A DNA stretch of 64,000 bases from Desulfobacterales bacterium (GTDB lineage Bacteria; Desulfobacterota; Desulfobacteria; Desulfobacterales; UBA2174), in assembly GCA_963668645.2 (NCBI GenBank), contig CAXXWC010000020.1, positions 32,001-96,000 on the forward strand. The letters run 5' to 3'. The notes under the pieces are model-generated. The model made no database searches. It was not told the DNA's origin and saw nothing but the letters and a program-made list of their open reading frames with translations. The position numbers and the translations under genes were made by a program. Below are positions 50,075 through 62,391 of the stretch, piece by piece; position 1 is the stretch's first letter; each line of letters opens with the position of its first letter.

Positions 50075-51457
50075 ATGCAACGGATAAAAGTGATCGACCT
50101 GCTCCAGCGCACCACGCCGTGCTCAAACGTCCTGCTCAAGGGGTGGGTGCGCACGCGACGCGCCAGCAAGACTTTTTCATTTATCGAAGTCAACGACGGT
50201 TCATGTTTGGCTAACATCCAGGTCATCGCCCCGGAAGAGCTGAATAATTACGATGAGATCCGCCGCTTGACCACCGGCTCGGCAGTGGCAGTGGTCGGCG
50301 ATCTGGTCGCTTCCAGCGGCAAGGGACAAGATTTGGAGATCCGGGCTGCGCAGGTACGTATCCTAGGTTTGGCTCCAGAAACCTTTCCGCTTCAGAAAAA
50401 ACGCCACAGCGACGAATACCTTCGCACCATCGCCCACCTTCGGCCCCGCACCAACAAATACGGTGCCGCCTTTCGCATCCGCTCGAACATGGCATGGGCT
50501 GTTCACGCTTTTTTCCGAGAGCGCGGTTTTTTCCATATCCACACCCCTATCATTACCGGATCGGATTGCGAGGGAGCCGGTGAACTGTTTCGCATTACCA
50601 CCCAGAATCCGGCTGTGCCGGATGCCAAAGCCGGTTGCGAAGATCATTTTCAGGACTTTTTCGGCGCCGAGGCCAATCTTACCGTTTCAGGCCAGCTAGA
50701 AGCTGAAATGCTGGCCCTCTCTTTGGGGGAGGTCTATACCTTCGGCCCCACCTTCCGGGCCGAAAATTCCAACACCCGGCGCCATGCCGCTGAGTTCTGG
50801 ATGGTCGAACCGGAAATGGCCTTCTGCGACCTGAGCGCCAACATGGACCTGGCCGAAGCCCTGATCCAATACCTGGTTCGTTTTGCAATGGAAAACTGCC
50901 GCCAGGATCTGGATCTTTTCGCCCGCTTCGTAGACCCGCACCTGATGGACCATCTCACCGGCATCGTCGAAAACAGATTTGAACGCCTATCGTACAGCCA
51001 GGCGGTGGCGCTTTTGCAGCGCAGCGGACAGGCCTTCGAGTATCCGGTCTCCTACGGCATCGACCTGCAAACCGAGCATGAACGCTATCTGGCGGAGATC
51101 CACTTTCAAAAGCCGGTCATCGTTTACGATTATCCAAAGGAAATCAAACCGTTTTACATGCGTCTGAATGACGACGGCGAAACCGTGGCCGCCATGGATG
51201 TACTGGTGCCCGTGATCGGGGAGATTATCGGCGGAAGCCAGCGTGAAGAACGTCTCGAAGTGCTCGAAAAGCGTATGGCAGAGCAGGGATTGGATCCCTC
51301 GCGTTACTGGTGGTATCTCGACTCGCGCCGCTTCGGCTCGGTTGAACACAGCGGCTTCGGGATGGGGTTTGAGCGATTTCTGATGCTGGTTACCGGGATT
51401 TCCAATATCCGGGATGTCATCCCCTTTCCGCGCACTCCCGGCAATATCGACTTTTAA
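50075..51457 (+). CDS. asnS: Asparagine--tRNA ligase
   Basis: HLRPRTN, LTVSGQL, FGPTFRAENS, GEIIGGSQRE, GFGMGFER. Confidence 0.97.
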   Translation: MQRIKVIDLLQRTTPCSNVLLKGWVRTRRASKTFSFIEVNDGSCLANIQVIAPEELNNYDEIRRLTTGSAVAVVGDLVASSGKGQDLEIRAAQVRILGLAPETFPLQKKRHSDEYLRTIAHLRPRTNKYGAAFRIRSNMAWAVHAFFRERGFFHIHTPIITGSDCEGAGELFRITTQNPAVPDAKAGCEDHFQDFFGAEANLTVSGQLEAEMLALSLGEVYTFGPTFRAENSNTRRHAAEFWMVEPEMAFCDLSANMDLAEALIQYLVRFAMENCRQDLDLFARFVDPHLMDHLTGIVENRFERLSYSQAVALLQRSGQAFEYPVSYGIDLQTEHERYLAEIHFQKPVIVYDYPKEIKPFYMRLNDDGETVAAMDVLVPVIGEIIGGSQREERLEVLEKRMAEQGLDPSRYWWYLDSRRFGSVEHSGFGMGFERFLMLVTGISNIRDVIPFPRTPGNIDF

Positions 51458-52261
51458 TTAGGCTCTGAGGCATCTCAGCTTGGCCAGATCCTCGGCATAT
51501 CCGTAAAGGTGCAGTCCCTTGCTTTCGACGATCATCTCGCCATCGGCCACACCGATTTCGGCGGCCATGTATTCTTTGAGATTCTGAATTCCGGCAAGGT
51601 TGGCCGGCAGTCCGCCCCACAGGTCCCAGCTGCGAAAATAGACGAAAAAATGCAGGGTATCGTCCTGGATGCGCGTATCGATGGATCTGAGGCAGGGTGG
51701 ATCGACCAGGGTCAGATCGGTGGGATCCGCCACCTGCAGTACCATCTGGTTGTTGCGCTGACCGTGGCGGCGGTAGGTTTCGATGACCCATTCTATCTGG
51801 TTGAGGTAAATTTCTCCCTGCTCTTCAAAAACGATCTTGTCGTCGACTTCGCGCAGGTCCACGATTTGGCGGTTGGCCTGATCCCACCAGCGACGTTTGT
51901 CACCGCTGATAATGGCCCGGGTCAGTCGTTCTCCGTAGGTGTACGATTCCCCCGGCGCCTTCTGCCCGCTCATCAGATATTCGATATACGAACGCTCATA
52001 GCCCTGCCCGCCGTAAATATACCCCTCCTCCACCGGGTTCGGAATGCCGCAGGCCGGGGGAATATCCGGCAGCAGCGGCTGGGTGCCGGGAAACCGTACA
52101 TGACCGGTGAAAAAATCATATTCGAGGCGTGTCTGTCCGCTGTAAGAACCCCGGTCGATGGTAAAACGGCGACCGTGATCCAGGATGTCGTTAACCGCTT
52201 GGAACCATAGGTCGGGAAGATCCCGGGCTTCTATCCGGTGAATGGCCAGTCTGCTTTTCAT
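51458..52261 (-). CDS. thyA: Thymidylate synthase, divergent (archaeal/methanogen-like) type
   Basis: YTYGERL, DPPCL catalytic Cys, FRSWDLWGGLPAN, LHLY. Confidence 0.8.
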   Translation of the reverse strand: MKSRLAIHRIEARDLPDLWFQAVNDILDHGRRFTIDRGSYSGQTRLEYDFFTGHVRFPGTQPLLPDIPPACGIPNPVEEGYIYGGQGYERSYIEYLMSGQKAPGESYTYGERLTRAIISGDKRRWWDQANRQIVDLREVDDKIVFEEQGEIYLNQIEWVIETYRRHGQRNNQMVLQVADPTDLTLVDPPCLRSIDTRIQDDTLHFFVYFRSWDLWGGLPANLAGIQNLKEYMAAEIGVADGEMIVESKGLHLYGYAEDLAKLRCLRA

Positions 52262-55796
<3,535 letters not shown>

Positions 55797-56035
55797 GGTT
55801 TACTCCTCTATCAGTAAAATTAATATGAGATAGAGATGATCGGTTGTCGAAAAACCTAAGAATTATATAACTATTTAAAAAATAAAGTTTTTTAGATGAT
55901 TCAATTGTTGATAAACCGTCGATAAAGGCTTTAATCAACCCCTGCTTTATCAACACTGAATGCCGCTACGTTCAAAACTTTCACCTTTTTCAACAAGTTT
56001 TCAGAAATCTATAAAATTTTAAATTTTAAATTTTA
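55797..56035. other. oriC: Candidate chromosomal replication origin (oriC)
   Basis: Very AT-rich intergenic stretch upstream of dnaN. DnaA-box-like 9-mers TT(A/T)TC(A/G)AC(A/G) at 55845, 55906 and 55917 (minus) and at 55947 and 55987 (plus). Confidence 0.65.
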
Positions 56036-56587
56036 TCAGTGAGTTATGTTAATTTTATTTTTTTTGCCCCGGATCCAGGTGCTGACCTGGGGCAGCACTT
56101 TCTCGCTCCAGGCGTTATCGAGCCTCAGGCGCAGAAAAGAAAAAAATAAATTATCTATAAAATCTATAGGTTGTTGGCATAAAGCTGCCTTTTCGATAAC
56201 GGCTGCTTCGATGTCTTCCTCATTTTCCACCGGAGCGGTTTCCGGAACCTTGAGACCGCTCAACTGCATATTTTCACCTTTTATCGAAAAACGCCACTCC
56301 TGACCGGCGGATCGGTAGCAAAGGTTGATTTCGGTGACCATGGCGCCTTTTTGCAAGGCGAGGATTCCCTCTTCCATTCCGGCTTCGTCTCCGCGGATCG
56401 AGACGGTTTCGGTGGTCTGTTGGCTGTGGTTTTGCAAAACGAGGCGATTGCCCAACTCCAGGGCTTCCAGGCGCTCATCAACCTGCCGGAATAGATCCGG
56501 TTCCGATTCGACGGCATACCAGAGCCAGGTGAGAAATTCGTTGCCCAGGAATTGGTAGCGGTTATAAGCTACGGCGACATCGAGCAT
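56036..56587 (-). CDS. RdgC C-terminal-half-like protein
   Basis: FLGNEFLTWLW..ALQKGAMVTEINL..LSGLK resembles the RdgC C-half. Confidence 0.65.
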   Translation of the reverse strand: MLDVAVAYNRYQFLGNEFLTWLWYAVESEPDLFRQVDERLEALELGNRLVLQNHSQQTTETVSIRGDEAGMEEGILALQKGAMVTEINLCYRSAGQEWRFSIKGENMQLSGLKVPETAPVENEEDIEAAVIEKAALCQQPIDFIDNLFFSFLRLRLDNAWSEKVLPQVSTWIRGKKNKINITH

Positions 56588-56590
56588 GGG

Positions 56591-57205
56591 TCACTCCCCA
56601 AAGTGGGTCGGGGTCAGTTTTTGGAGCACATCGCGTTGTGCGTCGGACAAGCCGGCTTCCAGTTCGGCCAGGGTGTAAGGAAACAATCGGATCAGGTTCA
56701 GCTTGAAAGAACGGGTAAAGAGGGTTTCCAGGGCTTCGTTGGCCGCCTTCTGGGTTGAAAAAAACCAAAGCTTGCCTTCATCGTGGTGCCAGACCACATC
56801 AAAAACGTTGGGAACGGCCGGTATACGCAGGCTCAATACGTTGAGCACCTGCTCTTTGGCCATCTGTTTTTCGCTGCGTGACAGAAAATCCCGCCCGGAT
56901 TCCAACTTTCGTCGCGCCACCTCCAGTGCCAGGTGTTTCTGGACCACTTTCGGGGGGATGGACTTTTTGTCCACCCTCATGGAAAAGACGAACATCTCGG
57001 CAATGGAAAAGTCGCTGTCTTCAAAAGCCGGACGAAAAGGATCGTTGAACCGGGTCCAGCCAAAAGCTTTTTCTTCGGAATTATTATCAATTTCGTCGAT
57101 ACTATTGTCCGCCAGACCCTTTCTGACGTTTTCCAGGACCGGCCCGGGAAGTCTGCCCTCCACCCGGTAGCGTATCAACGCCGATGTTGAACTCAAAAAT
57201 CCCAT
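56591..57205 (-). CDS. rdgC: Recombination-associated protein RdgC, N-terminal-half-like
   Basis: FGW, RVDKKSIPPKVV, LSRSEKQMAKEQV patterns. Confidence 0.7.
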   Translation of the reverse strand: MGFLSSTSALIRYRVEGRLPGPVLENVRKGLADNSIDEIDNNSEEKAFGWTRFNDPFRPAFEDSDFSIAEMFVFSMRVDKKSIPPKVVQKHLALEVARRKLESGRDFLSRSEKQMAKEQVLNVLSLRIPAVPNVFDVVWHHDEGKLWFFSTQKAANEALETLFTRSFKLNLIRLFPYTLAELEAGLSDAQRDVLQKLTPTHFGE

Positions 57206-57432
57206 GGCATGCCTTCCATCTTCGGCTCTTGCCGGTCAGGTCCCAAAAACCGGATCAGCCCATCAACAAACGCAAATATTTTGAAAACATATTTATATAT
57301 CTTGTTAGGCCGGCCATCTCAAGGTTAAATTGAGACGCCATTGCAGGTCATCGAAATTACCGCTATAGGTGCAGGCGATTGATACTGGCGTCGCCCGGCG
57401 GGCTCGAAGCGGATCTTGGACCAGGGAAACAA

Positions 57433-60400
57433 ATGGAATTTATTGCCGATCTTCATATTCATTCGCGGTTTTCAAGGGCGACCTCAAGAAATCTGGACCT
57501 GGAAAATCTTTATATAACGGCCCAGTATAAGGGAATTCAGGTCCTGGCGACCGGTGATATCACCCATCCGGGATGGTTCGATGAAATACAAACGCGACTC
57601 GTTCCGGCCGAGCCCGGGCTTTATCGGCTCGACCCGAATCAGGCCCGGGTCTGCGACCGTTTGGTACCCGGAGGCTGCCAGGGTACCGTCAGATTTATAT
57701 TAAATACTGAAATCAGCAACATATATAAAAAAAACGGAAGGACCCGCAAGAATCACAACCTCGTATTTTTGCCCGATTTAGAGGTCGCCCAACGGTTTAA
57801 CCGGCGTTTGGAAAAAATCGGCAACATCCACAGTGACGGGAGGCCCATCTTGGGCCTCGATGCGCGCGATCTGCTCGATATCGTACTGAATATAGACCCG
57901 CGTGCCTTCCTTGTACCGGCCCATATCTGGACGCCCTGGTTTTCCATGCTCGGCTCACGGTCCGGCTTCGATAGCATGGAGGAGTGCTTTGAAGATCTCT
58001 CCGACCATGTTTTTGCCGCTGAAACAGGGCTTTCTTCCGATCCGCAGATGAATTGGCGCGTATCGGCCCTGGACCGGTTGACCCTCATATCCAATTCCGA
58101 TGCCCATTCGCCGGCCAAGCTCGGCCGCGAGGCCAACCGTTTCGATACCGATCTATCCTTCGAAGGAATCCGCAGCGCCCTGGCCTATCCTGAAAGTCCG
58201 GGATTTAGCGGAACGCTGGAATTTTACCCTGAAGAAGGCAAGTATCATCTCGACGGTCATCGCAAATGCGGCGTGCGCCTGACCCCTGCCGAGAGTCGAA
58301 AATTCGAGGGGATCTGCCCGGTTTGCCACCGGCCCATGACGCTGGGGGTTTTACACCGGCTCGAATGCCTGGCCGATCGCAGCGATGGTTGCCAGCCAGC
58401 CAACGCTCCCCCTTTTAACAAGATGATTCCCCTGACCGATATCCTCTCCGAGGTGCTCCAATGCGGTTCCGGCACCAAACGGGTAGCGGCCGCCTATCGG
58501 CGTTGTCTCGAAGTTCTGGGCAGTGAATTGGCCATCTTGCAGGACTTGCCTTTAGACAGTGTTTCAGCCCTGGACATTCCCCTTTTGGACGAGGCGCTAA
58601 AACGCATGCGCCAGGGCAGGTTGGTGATCGACGGCGGCTTCGACGGAGAATTTGGCACCGTTCGGCTCTTTGCACCGGATGAACGGCGGCGGATCCTCGG
58701 CCAGCGGAGTCTTTTTGCCCTGGGCGGACCACAGATCCGGCAGCCGCCCTGCCGTGATGAATTCGAAGCGGTGCAGACCGCATGGCGTGATCCAGCGCCG
58801 GCAGCACAACCCTTCCAGAAGCCTGCCGTTGCAGAATTGACCCCCGCTCAGCAAACAGCGGTGGAATACATCAACGGACCGGCTATGGTCGTGGCAGGAC
58901 CGGGAACCGGAAAAACCCTGACCCTTACGCGGCGTATCGCCCGCCTGATCGAGGCCGGCCTGGCAACCCCGGATCAGATTATGGCGGTCACATTCACCCA
59001 GAAAGCGGCCGATGAGATGCGCCGCCGCATCGCCGGATTGTTGAAAAACAGTGCCGATGAGCCGCGAATCGGCACTGTGCATGGATTATGTTACCAGTTT
59101 TTAAAGGAACTGGATCCAGACCGGACGATTTCGATTCTCGATGAAGACCAGCGTTTGATGCTGATCCGTGATGCCATGGCGCGGTCTTCGGAGGACGACG
59201 GTCCGGCTGGTTTTACCGCCCTTCAGATGTTGCGTTGGATCGAGGCTGTCAAGCAGCGAATCGAAGAGCCGCAAAACGGTGGCCCGGATCCGGCGGATGT
59301 CACCGCCCGGCGTCATTATATCCGGGTTTTTGATATCTACAGCAACCTGCTTGCCATGCAGGGACTATTGGATTTCGACGATCTGGTGGCGCAAATGGTC
59401 GTGCGCCTGGAAAGCGACGATGATCTGCGCCAAGCCTTCCGGCGCCGGTTTAGCCATGTTTTAGTGGACGAGTATCAGGATCTCAACCACGCCCAGTACC
59501 GTTTGGTGCGTGCGCTGGCCGGAAGCCGGGCCCATCTTTTTGTCATCGGCGATCCGGATCAGTGCATTTACGGATTTCGCGGTTCTGATTGGCGCTATTT
59601 TGAGCACTTTACCCGCGATTATCCCGGTGCCAGGATTGTCCGGCTGCAACACAGTTATCGGTCGCCGCAGACGATTCTGGATGCCGCAAGACAGGTGGTG
59701 CTGCGCTGTAACGACGGTCGCCAGCGTGCTCCATTGACCGGCCTTTGTCCAGGCGAGCGTCTCAACTTGATCTGCGCCGAGAGCGAAAACGCAGAGGCGG
59801 TGGCCATCGGCCGAATCATCGAACAGATGGTGGGCGGCAGCGGATTCGAAGCCTTGAATTTCGGCAAGGTGGACGCCACCGTCCGCGGCCATGAACGCAG
59901 TTTTGCCGATTTTGCCATCCTTTACCGGACCCATCAGCAGGGCGTTCTGATCGGCGAGATTTTGGAAAACGCCGGGATCCCGTGCCGCATGGCCAGCCGC
60001 AGCCGGATCTGCGACACGCCGCATGTGGCCGGGTTGGTTTCCTGGCTGCGGCTTTTCAACGGCCAGGGCACTTTTTTTGACCTGGAAAAGGCCGTTGCCT
60101 GGATCGGGATGGAGGTTAGCGGCGCCGATTTGAGTCGTTTTAAACAATGGTGCTACGCCAAAGGCTACCGGCTCGAGGATGGCCTTCACCATGCCACACG
60201 GCTGCCGGTTGAGGGGTTGAGCGCGGCGCGCCAGCGTCGAATGGTGGCTGCATTTGGACAATTGCAAAGCATCGGCGACAAGATCCGGGATTTGCTGCTG
60301 GCGGACCGCGTGGCCTATCTGCTGGAAAACACGAAGCTCGCCGAAGCCTTCGGTGCCTCTCGGGCCGAAACCGGATTGAAGGCCCTTGACGAATGGATCC

Positions 60401-60801
60401 AGGCCTGCCGCAATGAGACCGATCTGCTGTTGCATCTGACGTTGTTCAGTGACGCGGATCTGTACGATTCGCGATCCGAAAGGGTGGCCCTGATGACTCT
60501 CCATGCGGCCAAGGGGTTGGAATTTCCGGTTGTTTTTATTGCCGGATGCGAAGACGGACTGATTCCCCTAGCCCGCAGCGACGATCTTGACGAGGAAAGG
60601 CGGCTCCTTTTCGTGGGGTTGACCCGGGCCGGGGATCGGCTTTTTTTGTCTATGGCCGCTCGCCGCAGTGTTCACGGGAAATTGGAAACGAGACGGATTT
60701 GCCCATTTTTGGCGGATATCAATCCGGGTCTGATTGAAGAAGCCGGCCGCGGCGCCAGACGGGCGCCCAAGCGGCGCCAAACCCAAATGAGTTTGTTTTA
60801 A
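57433..60801 (+). CDS. Endonuclease Q (PHP/TIGR00375-like) domain fused to a UvrD/PcrA SF1 helicase
   Basis: EndoQ-like motifs ADLHIHS, PAHIWTP, ETGLSSD, SNSDAHS, GKYH..C..CPVC and GFDGEFG. Helicase motifs AGPGTGKT, DEYQD, GDPDQCIYGFRG, TLHAAKGLEF and EERRLLFVGLTRA. Confidence 0.9.
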   Translation: MEFIADLHIHSRFSRATSRNLDLENLYITAQYKGIQVLATGDITHPGWFDEIQTRLVPAEPGLYRLDPNQARVCDRLVPGGCQGTVRFILNTEISNIYKKNGRTRKNHNLVFLPDLEVAQRFNRRLEKIGNIHSDGRPILGLDARDLLDIVLNIDPRAFLVPAHIWTPWFSMLGSRSGFDSMEECFEDLSDHVFAAETGLSSDPQMNWRVSALDRLTLISNSDAHSPAKLGREANRFDTDLSFEGIRSALAYPESPGFSGTLEFYPEEGKYHLDGHRKCGVRLTPAESRKFEGICPVCHRPMTLGVLHRLECLADRSDGCQPANAPPFNKMIPLTDILSEVLQCGSGTKRVAAAYRRCLEVLGSELAILQDLPLDSVSALDIPLLDEALKRMRQGRLVIDGGFDGEFGTVRLFAPDERRRILGQRSLFALGGPQIRQPPCRDEFEAVQTAWRDPAPAAQPFQKPAVAELTPAQQTAVEYINGPAMVVAGPGTGKTLTLTRRIARLIEAGLATPDQIMAVTFTQKAADEMRRRIAGLLKNSADEPRIGTVHGLCYQFLKELDPDRTISILDEDQRLMLIRDAMARSSEDDGPAGFTALQMLRWIEAVKQRIEEPQNGGPDPADVTARRHYIRVFDIYSNLLAMQGLLDFDDLVAQMVVRLESDDDLRQAFRRRFSHVLVDEYQDLNHAQYRLVRALAGSRAHLFVIGDPDQCIYGFRGSDWRYFEHFTRDYPGARIVRLQHSYRSPQTILDAARQVVLRCNDGRQRAPLTGLCPGERLNLICAESENAEAVAIGRIIEQMVGGSGFEALNFGKVDATVRGHERSFADFAILYRTHQQGVLIGEILENAGIPCRMASRSRICDTPHVAGLVSWLRLFNGQGTFFDLEKAVAWIGMEVSGADLSRFKQWCYAKGYRLEDGLHHATRLPVEGLSAARQRRMVAAFGQLQSIGDKIRDLLLADRVAYLLENTKLAEAFGASRAETGLKALDEWIQACRNETDLLLHLTLFSDADLYDSRSERVALMTLHAAKGLEFPVVFIAGCEDGLIPLARSDDLDEERRLLFVGLTRAGDRLFLSMAARRSVHGKLETRRICPFLADINPGLIEEAGRGARRAPKRRQTQMSLF

Positions 60802-60857
60802 GCGCATAAAATGCTTGACAGAAATTTGGAAGGATATTAATGAAGCGCTCTTGTTAA

Positions 60858-60932
60858 GCGGGAATAACTCAGTGGTAGAGTGCGACCTTGCCAAGGTCGA
60901 AGTCGCGGGTTCAAATCCCGTTTCCCGCTCCA
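60858..60932 (+). tRNA. tRNA-Gly (GCC)
   Basis: GCGGGAA acceptor stem, anticodon GCC at 60890-92, TTCAAAT T-loop, encoded CCA; TTGACA upstream. Confidence 0.97.
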
Positions 60933-60943
60933 CACAGCCAAAA

Positions 60944-60976
60944 AGCCAACGGGTTTTTTCCCGTTGGTTTTTTTTA
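60944..60976 (+). terminator. Rho-independent terminator after the tRNA
   Basis: AGCCAACGGG-loop-CCCGTTGGTT followed by a T run. Confidence 0.85.
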
Positions 60977-61135
60977 TCCTGCTATTTTAATACCCATCGG
61001 GCGCCGGGGATTGCAGCATGGGCGGTCAATGCGCTATCATCGGATCATCGGCTAGAGGGCGCCCGCGCCAATCGATAAAAAAACAGACCGGCAGACTTGA
61101 AGCGACAAACCCTAGACCCGAGTCGAAAGCCTTCG

Positions 61136-61762
61136 ATGAGCGTCGAACCCGCAGTCAACGGCGATATTCTGATCGCCTGTCCTGAATGCGACCTTCTCCA
61201 TAGACGCCGGACGCTTCCCGCAGGGGGCTGCGCCTTTTGCCGGCGATGCGGCGCGAGGCTCTATACCCACCGGCGCAACAGCCTCAACCGGAGCTTGGCG
61301 TTGACCCTTACCGGGGTGATCCTTTTTGCGATATCCTTTACCTTTCCCTTTTTGGCGATCAAGGCCGAGGGCGCCTTTGAGGAGACGACCCTCATCAGCG
61401 GGGTCCAGACCCTCTATCTGCAAGGATGGCCGGCCCTGGCGGCCCTGGTCGGATTTACCACCGTTCTCGTACCGCTGCTGCAATTGGGCAGCCTTTTGTA
61501 TGTCCTGGTCTCGCTCAGACGCCCACGACGCCCCAAGCTGCTGGCCTCGGTGTTCCGGTTCACCCAAACCCTTCATCCCTGGCAGATGATGGAGGTTTTT
61601 ATGATCGGCATCCTGGTGGCCATGGTTAAACTGACCAAGATGGCCACCATTGTCCCGGGAGTGGCGGTCTTTTCTTTTGCCGCCCTGATCCTGGTTCTGG
61701 CCGCCGTCGGTACCACCCTCGAGCCGCGAATGGTCTGGGAGCGGCTGGAGCGGGCAGGATGA
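61136..61762 (+). CDS. pqiA: Paraquat-inducible protein A (first half)
   Basis: ACPECDLL..CRRCG; PWQMMEVF; VKL; start uncertain. Confidence 0.88.
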   Translation: MSVEPAVNGDILIACPECDLLHRRRTLPAGGCAFCRRCGARLYTHRRNSLNRSLALTLTGVILFAISFTFPFLAIKAEGAFEETTLISGVQTLYLQGWPALAALVGFTTVLVPLLQLGSLLYVLVSLRRPRRPKLLASVFRFTQTLHPWQMMEVFMIGILVAMVKLTKMATIVPGVAVFSFAALILVLAAVGTTLEPRMVWERLERAG

Positions 61763-62391
61763 CCGGCCCTGGGTCGACCGCTTCTTCAGCCGCCCTGGTC
61801 GGCTGTTCGATCTGCCATTTGGTCTGCCGGGCACCCCGGGCGCAGGCGGCGGTCTACTGCCCGCGTTGCGGAGCCAGGCTCCACCGGCGAAAACCGAACA
61901 GCCTGAGCCGGACCTGGGCCCTGACGCTGGCCGCGATGCTCTTCTACATTCCGGCCAACGTGCTGCCCGTCACCGTGACCTCGTCGCTGACAGGGTCCCA
62001 GGCCGACACGATTATCAGCGGCGTGATCTACTTTATGAAAGTCGGGGACTGGTTCGTGGCCCTGGTGATTTTTACCGCCAGCGTGGTGATTCCCCTGCTC
62101 AAGCTGATCGTATTGATCTTTTTGTTGCTCTCGGTCCATCGCCGATCCGGCTGGCACCCGCTGGAGCGCGCCAGGCTCTATCGCATCACCGAGGCCGTGG
62201 GGCGGTGGTCCATGGTGGATATTTTTGTGGTTACCATCCTGGTGGCCCTGGTTAAACTCGGGGTCGTGGCTCAGGTCGAGGCTGAATCCGGAGCGGTCTT
62301 TTTCGCTGCGGTGGTGGTGATCACGATGCTGGCGGCCATGAGTTTCGATCCCCGCTTGATCTGGGATGCAGCGGAGCGCAATCGTGAGTGA
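61759..62391 (+). CDS. pqiA: Paraquat-inducible protein A (second half)
   Basis: CSIC..CPRCG; YIPAN; GRWSMVDIFV; FDPRLIWD. Confidence 0.9.
   Translation: MTGPGSTASSAALVGCSICHLVCRAPRAQAAVYCPRCGARLHRRKPNSLSRTWALTLAAMLFYIPANVLPVTVTSSLTGSQADTIISGVIYFMKVGDWFVALVIFTASVVIPLLKLIVLIFLLLSVHRRSGWHPLERARLYRITEAVGRWSMVDIFVVTILVALVKLGVVAQVEAESGAVFFAAVVVITMLAAMSFDPRLIWDAAERNRE

Noticed and set aside
60858..61100. Island integrated at tRNA-Gly
   Set aside because: The tRNA is followed by its terminator and pqi genes. No integrase or duplicated tRNA 3' end was seen.
61136..62391. Frameshifted pqiA pseudogene
   Set aside because: Each half has its own Cys motif and start with an ATGA overlap, and two-gene pqiA is a normal arrangement.
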